This document shows positions 26,845 through 35,294 of a stretch of DNA of 42,245 nucleotides, piece after piece. The stretch is from positions 1 through 42,245 of the IMG/VR virus record IMGVR_UViG_3300030097_000139. One strand, given 5' to 3'. Under the pieces are notes generated by a model. It saw only the letters and a program-made list of their open reading frames with translations. It was not told where the DNA came from and searched no databases. Position numbers and translations under genes: made by a program. Each line of letters opens with the position of its first letter. Position 1 is the first letter of the stretch. This DNA comes from a virus (taxonomy: Duplodnaviria > Caudoviricetes).

Positions 26845-27509
26845 TAGCGGCCCCCTAGTTCGTTCAGGATCTCAATTGTGTAGCGGGCTTGGTGGCGGGC
26901 GTCGTCAAGCGCTACGTGCGGTTCTCCGCTGAACTCGGTCAGCTTCTTGGCGTCATGGCCTGCCCATTTCCCGAACCACGCCACGGTGCGGACGTCGCGT
27001 TCCTGCCAGAACTCCCACGGCACCTCGCGGCCGACGACTTCGTAGGCATAGCGGAGGATCGCGCAATCGAAGGTCGGAGCGTTGCCCCAGACGAAGCACT
27101 CGTCGCCGTACTTCTCGGCCAGCGGTTTAATAAACGCCTCTAAACCCGCCAGTGCTTCCGGTAAGTCCAGCCGCGGCCCCTGCTTGAATGCCAGCTCTTG
27201 CGCGTACTCCGATTGCTCCGACCACCATTGCACGGTCGCCGGGTCCGGCTCGCCGTATAGCTTGGCGTTGGCCGGGTCAATGCGCCAACAGTTGCGGGCT
27301 ATTTTATTACCCAGCGAATCGACAGCATAGGCAGCGATAACCAAGATCGGCGCATCGTAGCGAATGCCGAGCGTTTCGAGGTCGAGGAAGATGTGGGCCG
27401 CCGGTGCGTCCGCGGGGTGGTAGCGGCGCTTGAGATACGCGCCAACGATAAAAGCAAGAATGACGGATAGCAGCACCGCAATGATCGCGTGTTCGGTCGT
27501 AAAATTCAT
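26844..27509 (-). CDS. DEDDh 3'-5' exonuclease (DUF5051-like) with N-terminal TM helix
   Basis: DLETLG, WGNAPTFD, RDVRT, HVALDDA motifs; GAGGAG RBS before hydrophobic N-terminus. Confidence 0.85.
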   Translation of the reverse strand: MNFTTEHAIIAVLLSVILAFIVGAYLKRRYHPADAPAAHIFLDLETLGIRYDAPILVIAAYAVDSLGNKIARNCWRIDPANAKLYGEPDPATVQWWSEQSEYAQELAFKQGPRLDLPEALAGLEAFIKPLAEKYGDECFVWGNAPTFDCAILRYAYEVVGREVPWEFWQERDVRTVAWFGKWAGHDAKKLTEFSGEPHVALDDARHQARYTIEILNELGGR

Positions 27510-27530
27510 AGTCGTGGCTCCTCAGAGACT

Positions 27531-27560
27531 AAAAGGCCGCCGACGATAAAGAGGGCGGCC
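27531..27560 (-). terminator. Probable intrinsic terminator after SSB gene
   Basis: GGCCGCC stem (27535-41/27554-60) followed by TTTT on minus strand. Confidence 0.55.
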
Positions 27561-27572
27561 CGGGGTTGGCGC

Positions 27573-28208
27573 TTACTGTTGCGGCAGGAAGTTTTGCGCC
27601 TGTTGCATTGGCTGACCACCTTGTGGCTGTTGCTGATAGCCGCCCTGCGGTTGGCCTTGGTTCATTGGCTGACCACCCCCGCCTTGCCCAAACACCGAAC
27701 CGGAGTCGAAACCGCCGCCCCCAAACTGCTGGCGCGGGGCGTTTTGGCTGGTGTGGATTCGCACACCGTCAAGGCCGGTCGCTATCCCTTTCGACTTGTT
27801 GTCGTAGTCCCAGCAATGCACGATAACGCTAACCGACTGGCCTTGGTAAATCAGCTGGCCGTATTGCATAGGATCGGTGAGCAGTTGGCCGCCTTCGTCG
27901 TAAATGTCAGGCACGCGGTTAGAGGAAGGGTTGATCACATAGCCGCCGGGGAATTGGTTATTATATTCGCCCGGGTTTACAGGGCTAATTGCCCAGTTTG
28001 CGCCGCCCGGCAAGTTGCCGCGCCACTTACTTTCTGCTAAGCACTGCTGCGCCAGCTGTTCAATTTCAGCGATCGCCGGGTTGCCCGCAGGGATCACGAC
28101 TTTGAGTTTCTGCGAGGTTGAGCCGTCGTCGCGGCGTTCTGGTCGGGTGATTGCGTCCCAAACTACGGTCGCGCCTTCTACAAGTACATGTTTGTCGTCT
28201 AATAGCAT
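27573..28208 (-). CDS. ssb: Single-stranded DNA-binding protein (DUF2815-like)
   Basis: IYQG, YDNKSKGIATGL motifs; Gly/Gln-rich tail; DUF2800-SSB-pol synteny. Confidence 0.8.
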   Translation of the reverse strand: MLLDDKHVLVEGATVVWDAITRPERRDDGSTSQKLKVVIPAGNPAIAEIEQLAQQCLAESKWRGNLPGGANWAISPVNPGEYNNQFPGGYVINPSSNRVPDIYDEGGQLLTDPMQYGQLIYQGQSVSVIVHCWDYDNKSKGIATGLDGVRIHTSQNAPRQQFGGGGFDSGSVFGQGGGGQPMNQGQPQGGYQQQPQGGQPMQQAQNFLPQQ

Positions 28209-28240
28209 CTTAATTGCTCCGGTTGATAAATTGTTAAATG

Positions 28241-28284
28241 TTACTTTCGTCGATAAAGTTAGCGCAGACAGAGCCGCGCGTCAA
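28241..28284 (-). promoter_or_regulatory. Promoter for ssb operon with overlapping palindromic operator
   Basis: Minus strand TTGACG-N17-TAACTT; operator TTACTT-N9-AAGTTA at 28241-28261. Confidence 0.65.
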
Positions 28285-28287
28285 CTA

Positions 28288-29448
28288 CTATTTTCTAAAT
28301 ACGCGTGCCGCCAACGTGTCGCGGGAGTCCACCAGCTTGAGAGAGCGCCCGCGCTTGGTCAGTGGCTTGATAGCCTCGTCGAACGCGTCCCGCATAGCGG
28401 CGGGGATTCTAGCCCGCGCTTGCGTTGGCGTGTCACAGTGGGGGCGCGTAATATCGATCCCCATTATGCCCACCGCGGCGATTGCTTGCCCCGGTTCGAC
28501 TGTCCAGTTGATACGGCCCGGCACGCTGTCGAGTGACAGGCCACAAGAGCCGTCGCCATTCTTAACGCGGTGCGTCAGGTCGTCTTCGATTGCCTCGAGG
28601 CGCGCTTTTAGCATGGTCTGGCCGCGCAGTAGGATCTCCCGCTCGGTTGCCAAGTCTCCGCCCGCCATAGTGTCGAACGCCAACGGCGAGTCCACCAAGT
28701 CGATCAGATTATACACCGCCGCGCGTAACGCCGGACAACGGCCCCGGGCTGGGCAGTAGCGGCAATGCTTGCCACTGGTCAGCGTTGGGTTCGTCATGGC
28801 TTCGTGCGCCTTGGCGTGCAGTTGGTTAACATACCCGCGAATGTCGCAGAACATGAAGGCCCACTCGCTGACAGGTCCGCGCGGATCGTAGGCGAACGGC
28901 TGGACCACCCGGGCAATGACTCGCGTGTGTTGGTCCTCGTGGCCGTTAATGCCGTGGTACTCGCGCAGCCCTTCCAGATAGTCGATCAGCTGCAAGTTCT
29001 CGAAGGCTTCAACCTTGGCGTGGCCGTGCTTATAGTCCCAGATATAAATCAGGCCGGGGAATCTGGCGGAGGCGTCAAGCGTGCCCCAGTTCTGCTCGTG
29101 AATTGAGGGCATGTGGACCCTAAACTCAACAACAAGCGCCTCCCGGCCGCCCTGTATCTGCGACAGCGTGCCGATCACGTCGGTGACATAGACTTCGGCC
29201 CCCTCCGCAATCAGCGCGTCAACAACCACCCCGTTCTCAGGGCATACGGTGCCAATAAAGGCCCGAGGGTCGTGTTCGCCGCCGATCTTCCAGTTAGCGA
29301 GGCAAACCGCCGCCACCCAATGCGCCGCCGTCCCGTTTCGGGTCTGCTCGGTCTCAGGGCTTGGCGCGGCTTGCGCTGCGATAATAGAGCCTGAACAATG
29401 GCCCCACACGGGGGCGCTGCTGGGCGCAAGGATAGCGTGGTCACTCAT
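28288..29448 (-). CDS. DUF2800 / Cas4-like PD-(D/E)xK nuclease
   Basis: HAILAPSSA..W..C, GTAAH, GTLD, DYKHG, N.QL..Y, HCRYC...C. Confidence 0.88.
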   Translation of the reverse strand: MSDHAILAPSSAPVWGHCSGSIIAAQAAPSPETEQTRNGTAAHWVAAVCLANWKIGGEHDPRAFIGTVCPENGVVVDALIAEGAEVYVTDVIGTLSQIQGGREALVVEFRVHMPSIHEQNWGTLDASARFPGLIYIWDYKHGHAKVEAFENLQLIDYLEGLREYHGINGHEDQHTRVIARVVQPFAYDPRGPVSEWAFMFCDIRGYVNQLHAKAHEAMTNPTLTSGKHCRYCPARGRCPALRAAVYNLIDLVDSPLAFDTMAGGDLATEREILLRGQTMLKARLEAIEDDLTHRVKNGDGSCGLSLDSVPGRINWTVEPGQAIAAVGIMGIDITRPHCDTPTQARARIPAAMRDAFDEAIKPLTKRGRSLKLVDSRDTLAARVFRK

Positions 29449-30251
29449 TAGCCGATCTGCCCTTTCAAGTGGTTGAAGATGGCGGCGCAGTTATCCGCAA
29501 CCGGGTAGGCCGGGTTCATTACCGCGTCGAATGGCAGCTGGAGCGCCGTGTAAGCGTCGGTTACCTGCTGTTGGGTAATATTGCCCGCGGCTTGCTGTTC
29601 GCTCACCCACTTCATAAGCTGCCCGGCGTCTTGCGGCGCGTTTTCGTTGGGTGCGGCCTGTTGGGTGTTGGCACCGAACGCATTAGCGGCCACGTTGCTG
29701 TCGCTGGTCGTTTCGTTCTGCGCAGTGTCGGCAGGCTCTTCTTCGGCTATGTTAGCTCCTAGCAGTGCTTCGGCGTACCACTCGTCGTAAGCGTCCTCGT
29801 CAACCCCTTGGCGCTTCTTCCACTGGCCTTTCTTCTTGCCGCTGCCGTAGAACGGGATCGCAGCCTTCGAGCACACCTCGGCGTTAAACGGCACGCCTTT
29901 CTCGTCTACTTTTTCGCCACCAGTCTGGGCCGTCTGTGAGGCACCACCCGCATTTGCTGGCCCGTCGCCAGAACCAGTCGTCGCGCCCGCAGACAGGGCA
30001 CCCGAGTGTTTGGTGTCGTTTGGGACCTCTTCGGCCTCGTGTTCTTCCGGCGTATGGTCTTCTTTCAGCTGGTCGTCGCAAGCAGTAGTGCTGGCCCCGG
30101 GAATGTCGCAGGAAACGTGCGTGGCGCTGCTAAGTGAATCAACAGCCGCCGCAGCTACTACCGCGCCTTGGCCGATCTCGGTTAATGCTTTGCCGATAGC
30201 CAGCGCTATGTCTTTGCGGTCGGCGGGAAATTCAATTTTAATCATTGTCAT
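29448..30251 (-). CDS. Hypothetical acidic protein of replication module
   Basis: AAGGAG RBS; low-complexity linkers around D..G.P...GQWKKRQGVD block. Confidence 0.7.
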   Translation of the reverse strand: MTMIKIEFPADRKDIALAIGKALTEIGQGAVVAAAAVDSLSSATHVSCDIPGASTTACDDQLKEDHTPEEHEAEEVPNDTKHSGALSAGATTGSGDGPANAGGASQTAQTGGEKVDEKGVPFNAEVCSKAAIPFYGSGKKKGQWKKRQGVDEDAYDEWYAEALLGANIAEEEPADTAQNETTSDSNVAANAFGANTQQAAPNENAPQDAGQLMKWVSEQQAAGNITQQQVTDAYTALQLPFDAVMNPAYPVADNCAAIFNHLKGQIG

Positions 30252-30264
30252 TTGCTCCTTTTGC

Positions 30265-30329
30265 TAATTGACGTGGGGAAAGTTAGCAGGTAAGCTATCA
30301 ACTGTCAACAACTTTCACGGGGATAGTTA
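30265..30329. promoter_or_regulatory. Overlapping divergent promoters flanked by two palindromic operators
   Basis: + TTGACG(30268)-N17-TAAGCT; - TTGACA(30308-30303)-N17-TAACTT; operators 30265-30285 and 30309-30329. Confidence 0.75.
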
Positions 30330-30333
30330 CAGA

Positions 30334-30618
30334 ATGGACGAAGCGAAGATCATAGACCTTATTCAAAAAGGCGTTCACAAAGCCCTCGACCGGCACTTGC
30401 GGTTCTTCGGTTGGGTCGTGCTGGTGCTATGGCTGGCGTCTTGGGCGTACAACAAAACGGACGCGGGCAAAGACTCCACGGACTCGCCGGACGGCCGCAG
30501 CAACATGGCAGTGCGCACCGATCACAAGACTGGCTGCGAGTATTTGGAAGGCGCGCGGGGCGGCCTTACGCCACGGCTAGATACGTCGGGCCGACACTTA
30601 GGCTGCGGGGGTTACTAA
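30334..30618 (+). CDS. Small membrane-anchored protein, DUF6440-like
   Basis: TM helix then TDHKTGCEYL...GGLTPRLD..G; start ATG 30334. Confidence 0.6.
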   Translation: MDEAKIIDLIQKGVHKALDRHLRFFGWVVLVLWLASWAYNKTDAGKDSTDSPDGRSNMAVRTDHKTGCEYLEGARGGLTPRLDTSGRHLGCGGY

Positions 30619-32330
30619 TGGCAATTAAGCTACGGAAGGACTACCAGCTCCCGGTCAAGAACGCGATTATTGAGGCGTGGCGGCGGGTGCGCGCTGTGCT
30701 GGCGGTCATGGCGACGGGTGGCGGAAAGACGGTGGTCTTCGCAAGCATCATACATGACCATAAGGGCGCGTCCGCTGCCGTGGTACACCGCAAAGAGATC
30801 GTGGTGCAAATCTCTTGTAGCCTCGCGCTGTTGGGGGTGAAGCACCGGATCGTAGCGCCACCGGCAACGGTCCGACTTGCACGGCGCAAGCACTTGGAGA
30901 AGTTCGGCAAATCGTTTGTAGACCCTGCCGCATTGTGTGGCGTGGCGTCGGTTCAAACGCTGACGAGTAAGAGCGCCGGAAAGAACACACAGCTGCAAAG
31001 CTGGCTCAAACAAGTGACGCTTTGCGTGTTCGACGAGGGGCACCACTATGTGACGAGCGGCCTATGGGCTCGCGCCGTGGATTGTATGGAGAACGCCAAA
31101 CTGTTGCAAGTCTCGGCCTGCTCGGAGCGAGCGGACGGCAAGGGCTTAGGCGTTGAGGCGGACGGCTTCGCGGAAGAGCTGGTCGAGGGGCCACAAGTCA
31201 AGTGGCTGATCCGGGAGGGCTATTTGTCGCCGTTTAAGTACTTCGCGCCGACTACCGACCTAGACCTTGAGGGCGTGGCCGTTACCGCCTCCGGCGACTT
31301 CAACTCCAAGGCATTGCGCGCCCGGGTTGTCGAGTCCCACATTGTCGGCGACGTGGTGAAGCAGTACCTGCAGTTTGCCAAAGGCAAGCGGGCAATCGTG
31401 TTCGCCACCGACGTTGCCACCGCTAACGAAATGGCCGACAGTTTCAACGCTAACGGTGTGCGGGCCATAGCACTGGACGGCACCACCGAGGACAGCGTGC
31501 GCGATAAGGCCAGCGCGGACTTTGAGCACGGCGCGCTTGATGTGCTGGTCAATGTGGACCTGTTCGACGAGGGTTACGACGTGCCCGCCGCGGAGTGCGC
31601 CATTCTCGCGCGCCCCACGCAGTCACTTAACAAGTTTTTGCAAATGTGCGGCCGGGTTCTTCGCGTAGTCTACGGCAAGGGCTACGACTTGGAGACGCAA
31701 GAGGGCAGGCTGGCGGCTATCGCTAACGGCGGCAAACCTAACGCGGTGATCATTGACCCGGTGCGCAACTGGGAGCGCCACGGGATGCCGGATTGGCCGC
31801 GCCAGTGGACGCTAGCAGGCAAAGAGAAAGGCAGCCGCAGCAATTCCGACACAATACCGCAGCGCGTTTGTGATAGCTGCACACAGCCCTACGAGGCGTT
31901 CTATAAGGCGTGCCCATACTGCGGGTCAGAGCCGGAGCCAGCCGGGCGAAGCATACCAGAGCAGGTCGACGGAGACCTGTTGGAGCTGGACGTCGAAGCA
32001 ATGGCGGCGTTATTCGAGAAAATGCGCAAGGCCGACTGCGACGACGAAGAGTTCCAGCGCGGCCTGTTCGCCCGTAACGTGCCCGCCGTGGGCCACTCCA
32101 AGCAGCTGAAAGCACACCGGGACGCGAAGTACCGCCGGGAAGTGTTGCGTCAGCTGGTGGGCTGGTGGGTCGGAGCGCAAGAAGGCCGCGACCTGTCGGA
32201 GATTCACCGCCGGTTCTACCACCGCTTCGGCGTGGACATTGCCACGGCGTTTACTCTTGACGCCAAACAGACCGACGCGCTAGCCGACAAGATCACGGCT
32301 TGCTTTTCATTAGATGCCGTGCTAACTTAA
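30618..32330 (+). CDS. Superfamily 2 (DExH) helicase with C-terminal zinc ribbon
   Basis: ATGGGKT, DEGHH, EGYDVP, RPTQS...QMCGRVLR, CDSC...CPYCG; start ATG 30618 by TAATG coupling. Confidence 0.92.
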   Translation: MAIKLRKDYQLPVKNAIIEAWRRVRAVLAVMATGGGKTVVFASIIHDHKGASAAVVHRKEIVVQISCSLALLGVKHRIVAPPATVRLARRKHLEKFGKSFVDPAALCGVASVQTLTSKSAGKNTQLQSWLKQVTLCVFDEGHHYVTSGLWARAVDCMENAKLLQVSACSERADGKGLGVEADGFAEELVEGPQVKWLIREGYLSPFKYFAPTTDLDLEGVAVTASGDFNSKALRARVVESHIVGDVVKQYLQFAKGKRAIVFATDVATANEMADSFNANGVRAIALDGTTEDSVRDKASADFEHGALDVLVNVDLFDEGYDVPAAECAILARPTQSLNKFLQMCGRVLRVVYGKGYDLETQEGRLAAIANGGKPNAVIIDPVRNWERHGMPDWPRQWTLAGKEKGSRSNSDTIPQRVCDSCTQPYEAFYKACPYCGSEPEPAGRSIPEQVDGDLLELDVEAMAALFEKMRKADCDDEEFQRGLFARNVPAVGHSKQLKAHRDAKYRREVLRQLVGWWVGAQEGRDLSEIHRRFYHRFGVDIATAFTLDAKQTDALADKITACFSLDAVLT

Positions 32331-32343
32331 TCGGCGAAAGTTA
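32300..32343 (+). promoter_or_regulatory. Promoter with overlapping palindromic operator
   Basis: TTGCTT-N17-(TGc)TAACTT; operator TAACTT-N9-AAGTTA at 32323-32343 with perfect arms. Confidence 0.65.
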
Positions 32344-32361
32344 TAAACTAGGGAGCCGCTA

Positions 32362-32706
32362 ATGGCAATAATTTACATAGCCGGGCCAATGACCGGGCTT
32401 AAAGACTTCAACCGCGACAGCTTCTACCTTGCGGAGCTGGCGCTGAAAGAACAGGGCCACGAGGTGCGCAACCCGGCGTGCCTGCCTACCGATTGGACAC
32501 GCTACGAAGACTACGTCGAGGTTAGTCTTGTCATGTTGGGGCAGTGTGAGGCCGCCGTATTCCTTCCGGGCAGCGACAAGAGCAAAGGCGCGCAGATTGA
32601 GAAAGACCTCGCAGAACGCAGCGGGATTCCAGACCATAGCCAGCTACTCGCCGACGTGTGGGACGCGCTCAACGTGGCGTACATTGCTAACAAGGGGGTC
32701 GCATGA
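32362..32706 (+). CDS. DUF4406 / nucleoside 2-deoxyribosyltransferase-like protein
   Basis: IYIAGPMTG...N...F, NPA, LPG...SKGA..E motifs. Confidence 0.85.
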   Translation: MAIIYIAGPMTGLKDFNRDSFYLAELALKEQGHEVRNPACLPTDWTRYEDYVEVSLVMLGQCEAAVFLPGSDKSKGAQIEKDLAERSGIPDHSQLLADVWDALNVAYIANKGVA

Positions 32707-33212
32707 CTTACCCAGAGTGGGCGGCGCGCCACCCCCAAGCCGCGCAAGAACTCCACCAGCTGTTGCACGCCGAGGCGCACTTTCAGCCGGAGGGCGCGCC
32801 GATAATGACCGAAGCATACGCCCAACAACAAGCCCGGCTGCAGATAGCCAAGCAAGGCGGCATGGCGTGGCGCAACAACGTAGGGGCCAGCAAGGCGAAA
32901 GAACAGCACAGCTGCCCGCGTTGCCAGTTCCGCTTCGAGGTTGAGCAAGCGCCGATCCGTTGGGGCCTATGCAATGACAGCGCCAAGCTAAACGCCAAGG
33001 TCAAGTCCTCGGACCTGATCGGCATTGTGCCCCGCCTCATAACGCCGGAAATGGTGGGCACCACGATCGGGCAGTTCTTGGCCGTGGAGACCAAAAAGCA
33101 GGGCTGGAAATTCACCGGCAACGAGCACGAGACCGCGCAGTTGCAGTGGCTCGAACTTATCGCGGGCAAAGGCGGCCTGTCGATGTTTAGCACGGGGGCG
33201 GTTCAATTATGA
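32703..33212 (+). CDS. VRR-NUC-like nuclease
   Basis: WRNNVG, SSDLIG, FLAVETK, Q..W......GG motifs. Confidence 0.8.
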   Translation: MTYPEWAARHPQAAQELHQLLHAEAHFQPEGAPIMTEAYAQQQARLQIAKQGGMAWRNNVGASKAKEQHSCPRCQFRFEVEQAPIRWGLCNDSAKLNAKVKSSDLIGIVPRLITPEMVGTTIGQFLAVETKKQGWKFTGNEHETAQLQWLELIAGKGGLSMFSTGAVQL

Positions 33213-34594
33213 TCATAAACATGGACTGCCGCACGGGCATGGCGACCTTACCGGCTAACAGCGTGGATTCAATCGTTTGCGATCCTCCCTATGGTTTGAG
33301 CAAGCAGCCGAACATGCGCGAGGTGTTGGCGCACTGGCTAAACGGCGACGAATACAGCCCGACTTGTGGCGGCTTTATGGGCAAACAGTGGGACAGCTTC
33401 GTGCCCGGGCCGCTGGTCTGGGAGCAGGCGTTCCGCGTATTGAAGCCCGGCGGCTATCTAGTTGCCTTTGCCGGTTCGCGCACCGTGGACCTAATGGCCA
33501 CGTCGCTTCGTTTGGGCGGCTTTGAGGTCGTGGACATGCTGCACTGGCTGTACGGTTCGGGAATGCCCAAAAGCATGGCGATAGACAAGGCGATCGACCG
33601 CCAGCGCCATGACCGCGACGAAGTGTTAGAGGTGACAAAGTGGATCGCAAACGCGCGAGACGTCGCAGGCATGACAAACAAAGCGATCGACGACGCGTTC
33701 GGCTTTGCCGGTATGGCCGGGCACTGGACGAGCCAGAAGTCCCAGCCGTCGATCCCGACGCTTGAGCAAGTGCCCAAGCTGTTGGAGTTGCTGGGGTGGC
33801 CCGCTGTACCCCCGCGGATCGGCGAATTGCTGATCGTCCTGAATGGCAATAAAGGCGAGCCGGGCGCAGATTGGCACAACCGAGAGGTGGTCGGGCAGCA
33901 TGAGAAAACCAGCGGGGCGGCTAACTGGCGCATTAAGTACGACGAGAGCCGGGACCATGAACGCCCAGAGCTGGGCAAAATCACCACGGCGCACAGTGAA
34001 GCGGCCCAACAGTGGGAAGGCTGGGGAACGGCCCTCAAACCGTGCCACGAGCCGATCGTACTATGCCGCAAGCCACTAGACGGCACTTACGCGCACAACG
34101 TCCAGAAGCACGGTGTGGGCGGCCTGAACATTGAAGGCTGCAAGGGTCCGCGCTGGCCCGGTAACGTCATGCACGACGGCTGCTTGCCGGGGCCAATGGA
34201 CCGCTACTTCTATAGCGCCAAGGCCACCAAAGCGGACCGCGAAGCGGGGCTGGAGAACTTCGAGTACGTCAGCGCTGGCGAGATAACCGGAGGCCGCAAA
34301 GAAGGGTCGGCCGGGTTGAGCAATGGGCGCGCAGGGGCCGGGCGTACTGGTGGCGGCAAGAACATACACCCGACAGTCAAACCGACCGAGCTTATGCGCT
34401 GGCTTTGCCGTCTCGTAACGCCACCGGGTGGCATGATTTTAGACCCGTTCACGGGCAGCGGAAGCACCGGCAGAGGCGCGGTCCTTGAGGGCTTCCAGTT
34501 TATGGGCTTCGAGCTTTCGGCCGATTATGCGGAGATAGCACGGGCGAGAATACTTGACGCGGAGAAAACCGCGGGTAATACTAGCAGCAATTAA
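33209..34594 (+). CDS. DNA N6-A/N4-C methyltransferase (beta class) with inserted HTH-like segment
   Basis: DPPY near N-terminus; HPTVKP and LDPFTGSGST near C-terminus. Confidence 0.92.
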   Translation: MIINMDCRTGMATLPANSVDSIVCDPPYGLSKQPNMREVLAHWLNGDEYSPTCGGFMGKQWDSFVPGPLVWEQAFRVLKPGGYLVAFAGSRTVDLMATSLRLGGFEVVDMLHWLYGSGMPKSMAIDKAIDRQRHDRDEVLEVTKWIANARDVAGMTNKAIDDAFGFAGMAGHWTSQKSQPSIPTLEQVPKLLELLGWPAVPPRIGELLIVLNGNKGEPGADWHNREVVGQHEKTSGAANWRIKYDESRDHERPELGKITTAHSEAAQQWEGWGTALKPCHEPIVLCRKPLDGTYAHNVQKHGVGGLNIEGCKGPRWPGNVMHDGCLPGPMDRYFYSAKATKADREAGLENFEYVSAGEITGGRKEGSAGLSNGRAGAGRTGGGKNIHPTVKPTELMRWLCRLVTPPGGMILDPFTGSGSTGRGAVLEGFQFMGFELSADYAEIARARILDAEKTAGNTSSN

Positions 34595-34608
34595 CGCGGG
34601 GAAAATTA
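34588..34608. promoter_or_regulatory. Palindromic operator copy upstream of DUF3310/TetR-like genes
   Basis: CAATTAACGCGGGGAAAATTA closely resembles 30265 copy TAATTGACGTGGGGAAAGTTA; possible TTGACG -35 at 34554. Confidence 0.55.
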
Positions 34609-34612
34609 GCAA

Positions 34613-34846
34613 ATGAGCGACCAAGTTAAACAGCCGCCGCACTACCTAGTACTTGGGGACCTTGAGGCGATCGAAGTTATCGCCCGGTCTCTGACCGCCG
34701 AGCAGTGGCTCGGGTATTGTGCAGGCAACAAAATTAAATACAGATTGCGGGCCGGGAAGAAAGACGACCTGCAACAGGACATAGCCAAAGCGGACGAGTA
34801 CGAGCTGCTTTATGAGAAATTTAAAGAGGTGTGTAAAAATGTCTAA
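34613..34846 (+). CDS. DUF3310 family protein (T7 gp1.7-like)
   Basis: V..P.HY, EAIEVI, GN.IKY..RAGKK...QDI.KA..Y. Confidence 0.85.
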   Translation: MSDQVKQPPHYLVLGDLEAIEVIARSLTAEQWLGYCAGNKIKYRLRAGKKDDLQQDIAKADEYELLYEKFKEVCKNV

Positions 34847-35144
34847 ACGATTCAAACCAGAGATCAGAAAAGAGGCGATCGTCGACGTCGCTTTAGAGTT
34901 GGCGGCAGCTGCCCACTACACGCAGGTGCAGCGCAAACAGATCGCCGACGAATTGGGGGTGACGCCACCGGCGTTGACTTACCACTTCGGGACTATGGAG
35001 CAGTTACGCCGCGCTATCATGCGGGCCGCGATTGAGCGGGAGAACTTGGGGGTGATTGCTCAAGGACTGGTGGCTCAGGATAAGCACGCCAAAAAGGCCC
35101 CGGAGGCATTGCGCCGCCGGGCTATCGAATCAGCGGCGGCGTGA
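34839..35144 (+). CDS. TetR-like HTH regulator
   Basis: RKEAIVDVALELA...IADELGVTPPALTYHFGTMEQL; start ATG 34839 after GAGGT. Confidence 0.85.
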   Translation: MSKRFKPEIRKEAIVDVALELAAAAHYTQVQRKQIADELGVTPPALTYHFGTMEQLRRAIMRAAIERENLGVIAQGLVAQDKHAKKAPEALRRRAIESAAA

Positions 35145-35294
35145 TCGTCGCTTCGCCTTCTGGCGGCTTTCCTGCCGCCTCTTCTTCTCTTCCTCGCTAA
35201 TACACGCGGGCGGCTCCGGGTCGTTTACGTCCCATTGTTTACCACACACATGGCAGTGCAGCTGGTCGCTATATTGTCGCGTTTTGTGTCCCAT
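35130..35294 (-). CDS. Small zinc-finger-like basic protein (54 aa; absent from ORF track)
   Basis: AAGGAG RBS; MGHKTRQYSDQLHCHVCGKQWDVNDPEPPACISEEEKKRRQESRQKAKRRSRRR. Confidence 0.65.
   Translation of the reverse strand: MGHKTRQYSDQLHCHVCGKQWDVNDPEPPACISEEEKKRRQESRQKAKRRSRRR

Noticed and set aside
25957-26847. 296-aa plus-strand ORF
   Set aside because: Antisense to the polymerase with no recognisable domain
28288-29448. Cas4-like gene as evidence of a CRISPR system
   Set aside because: DUF2800 nucleases are routine in this type of SSB/PolA module; no array or other cas genes are present
30268-30617. Upstream TTG starts for the 30334 gene (30268) and the helicase (30411)
   Set aside because: 30268 is the -35 box of the promoter; the helicase extension overlaps a real gene and ATG 30618 is coupled by TAATG
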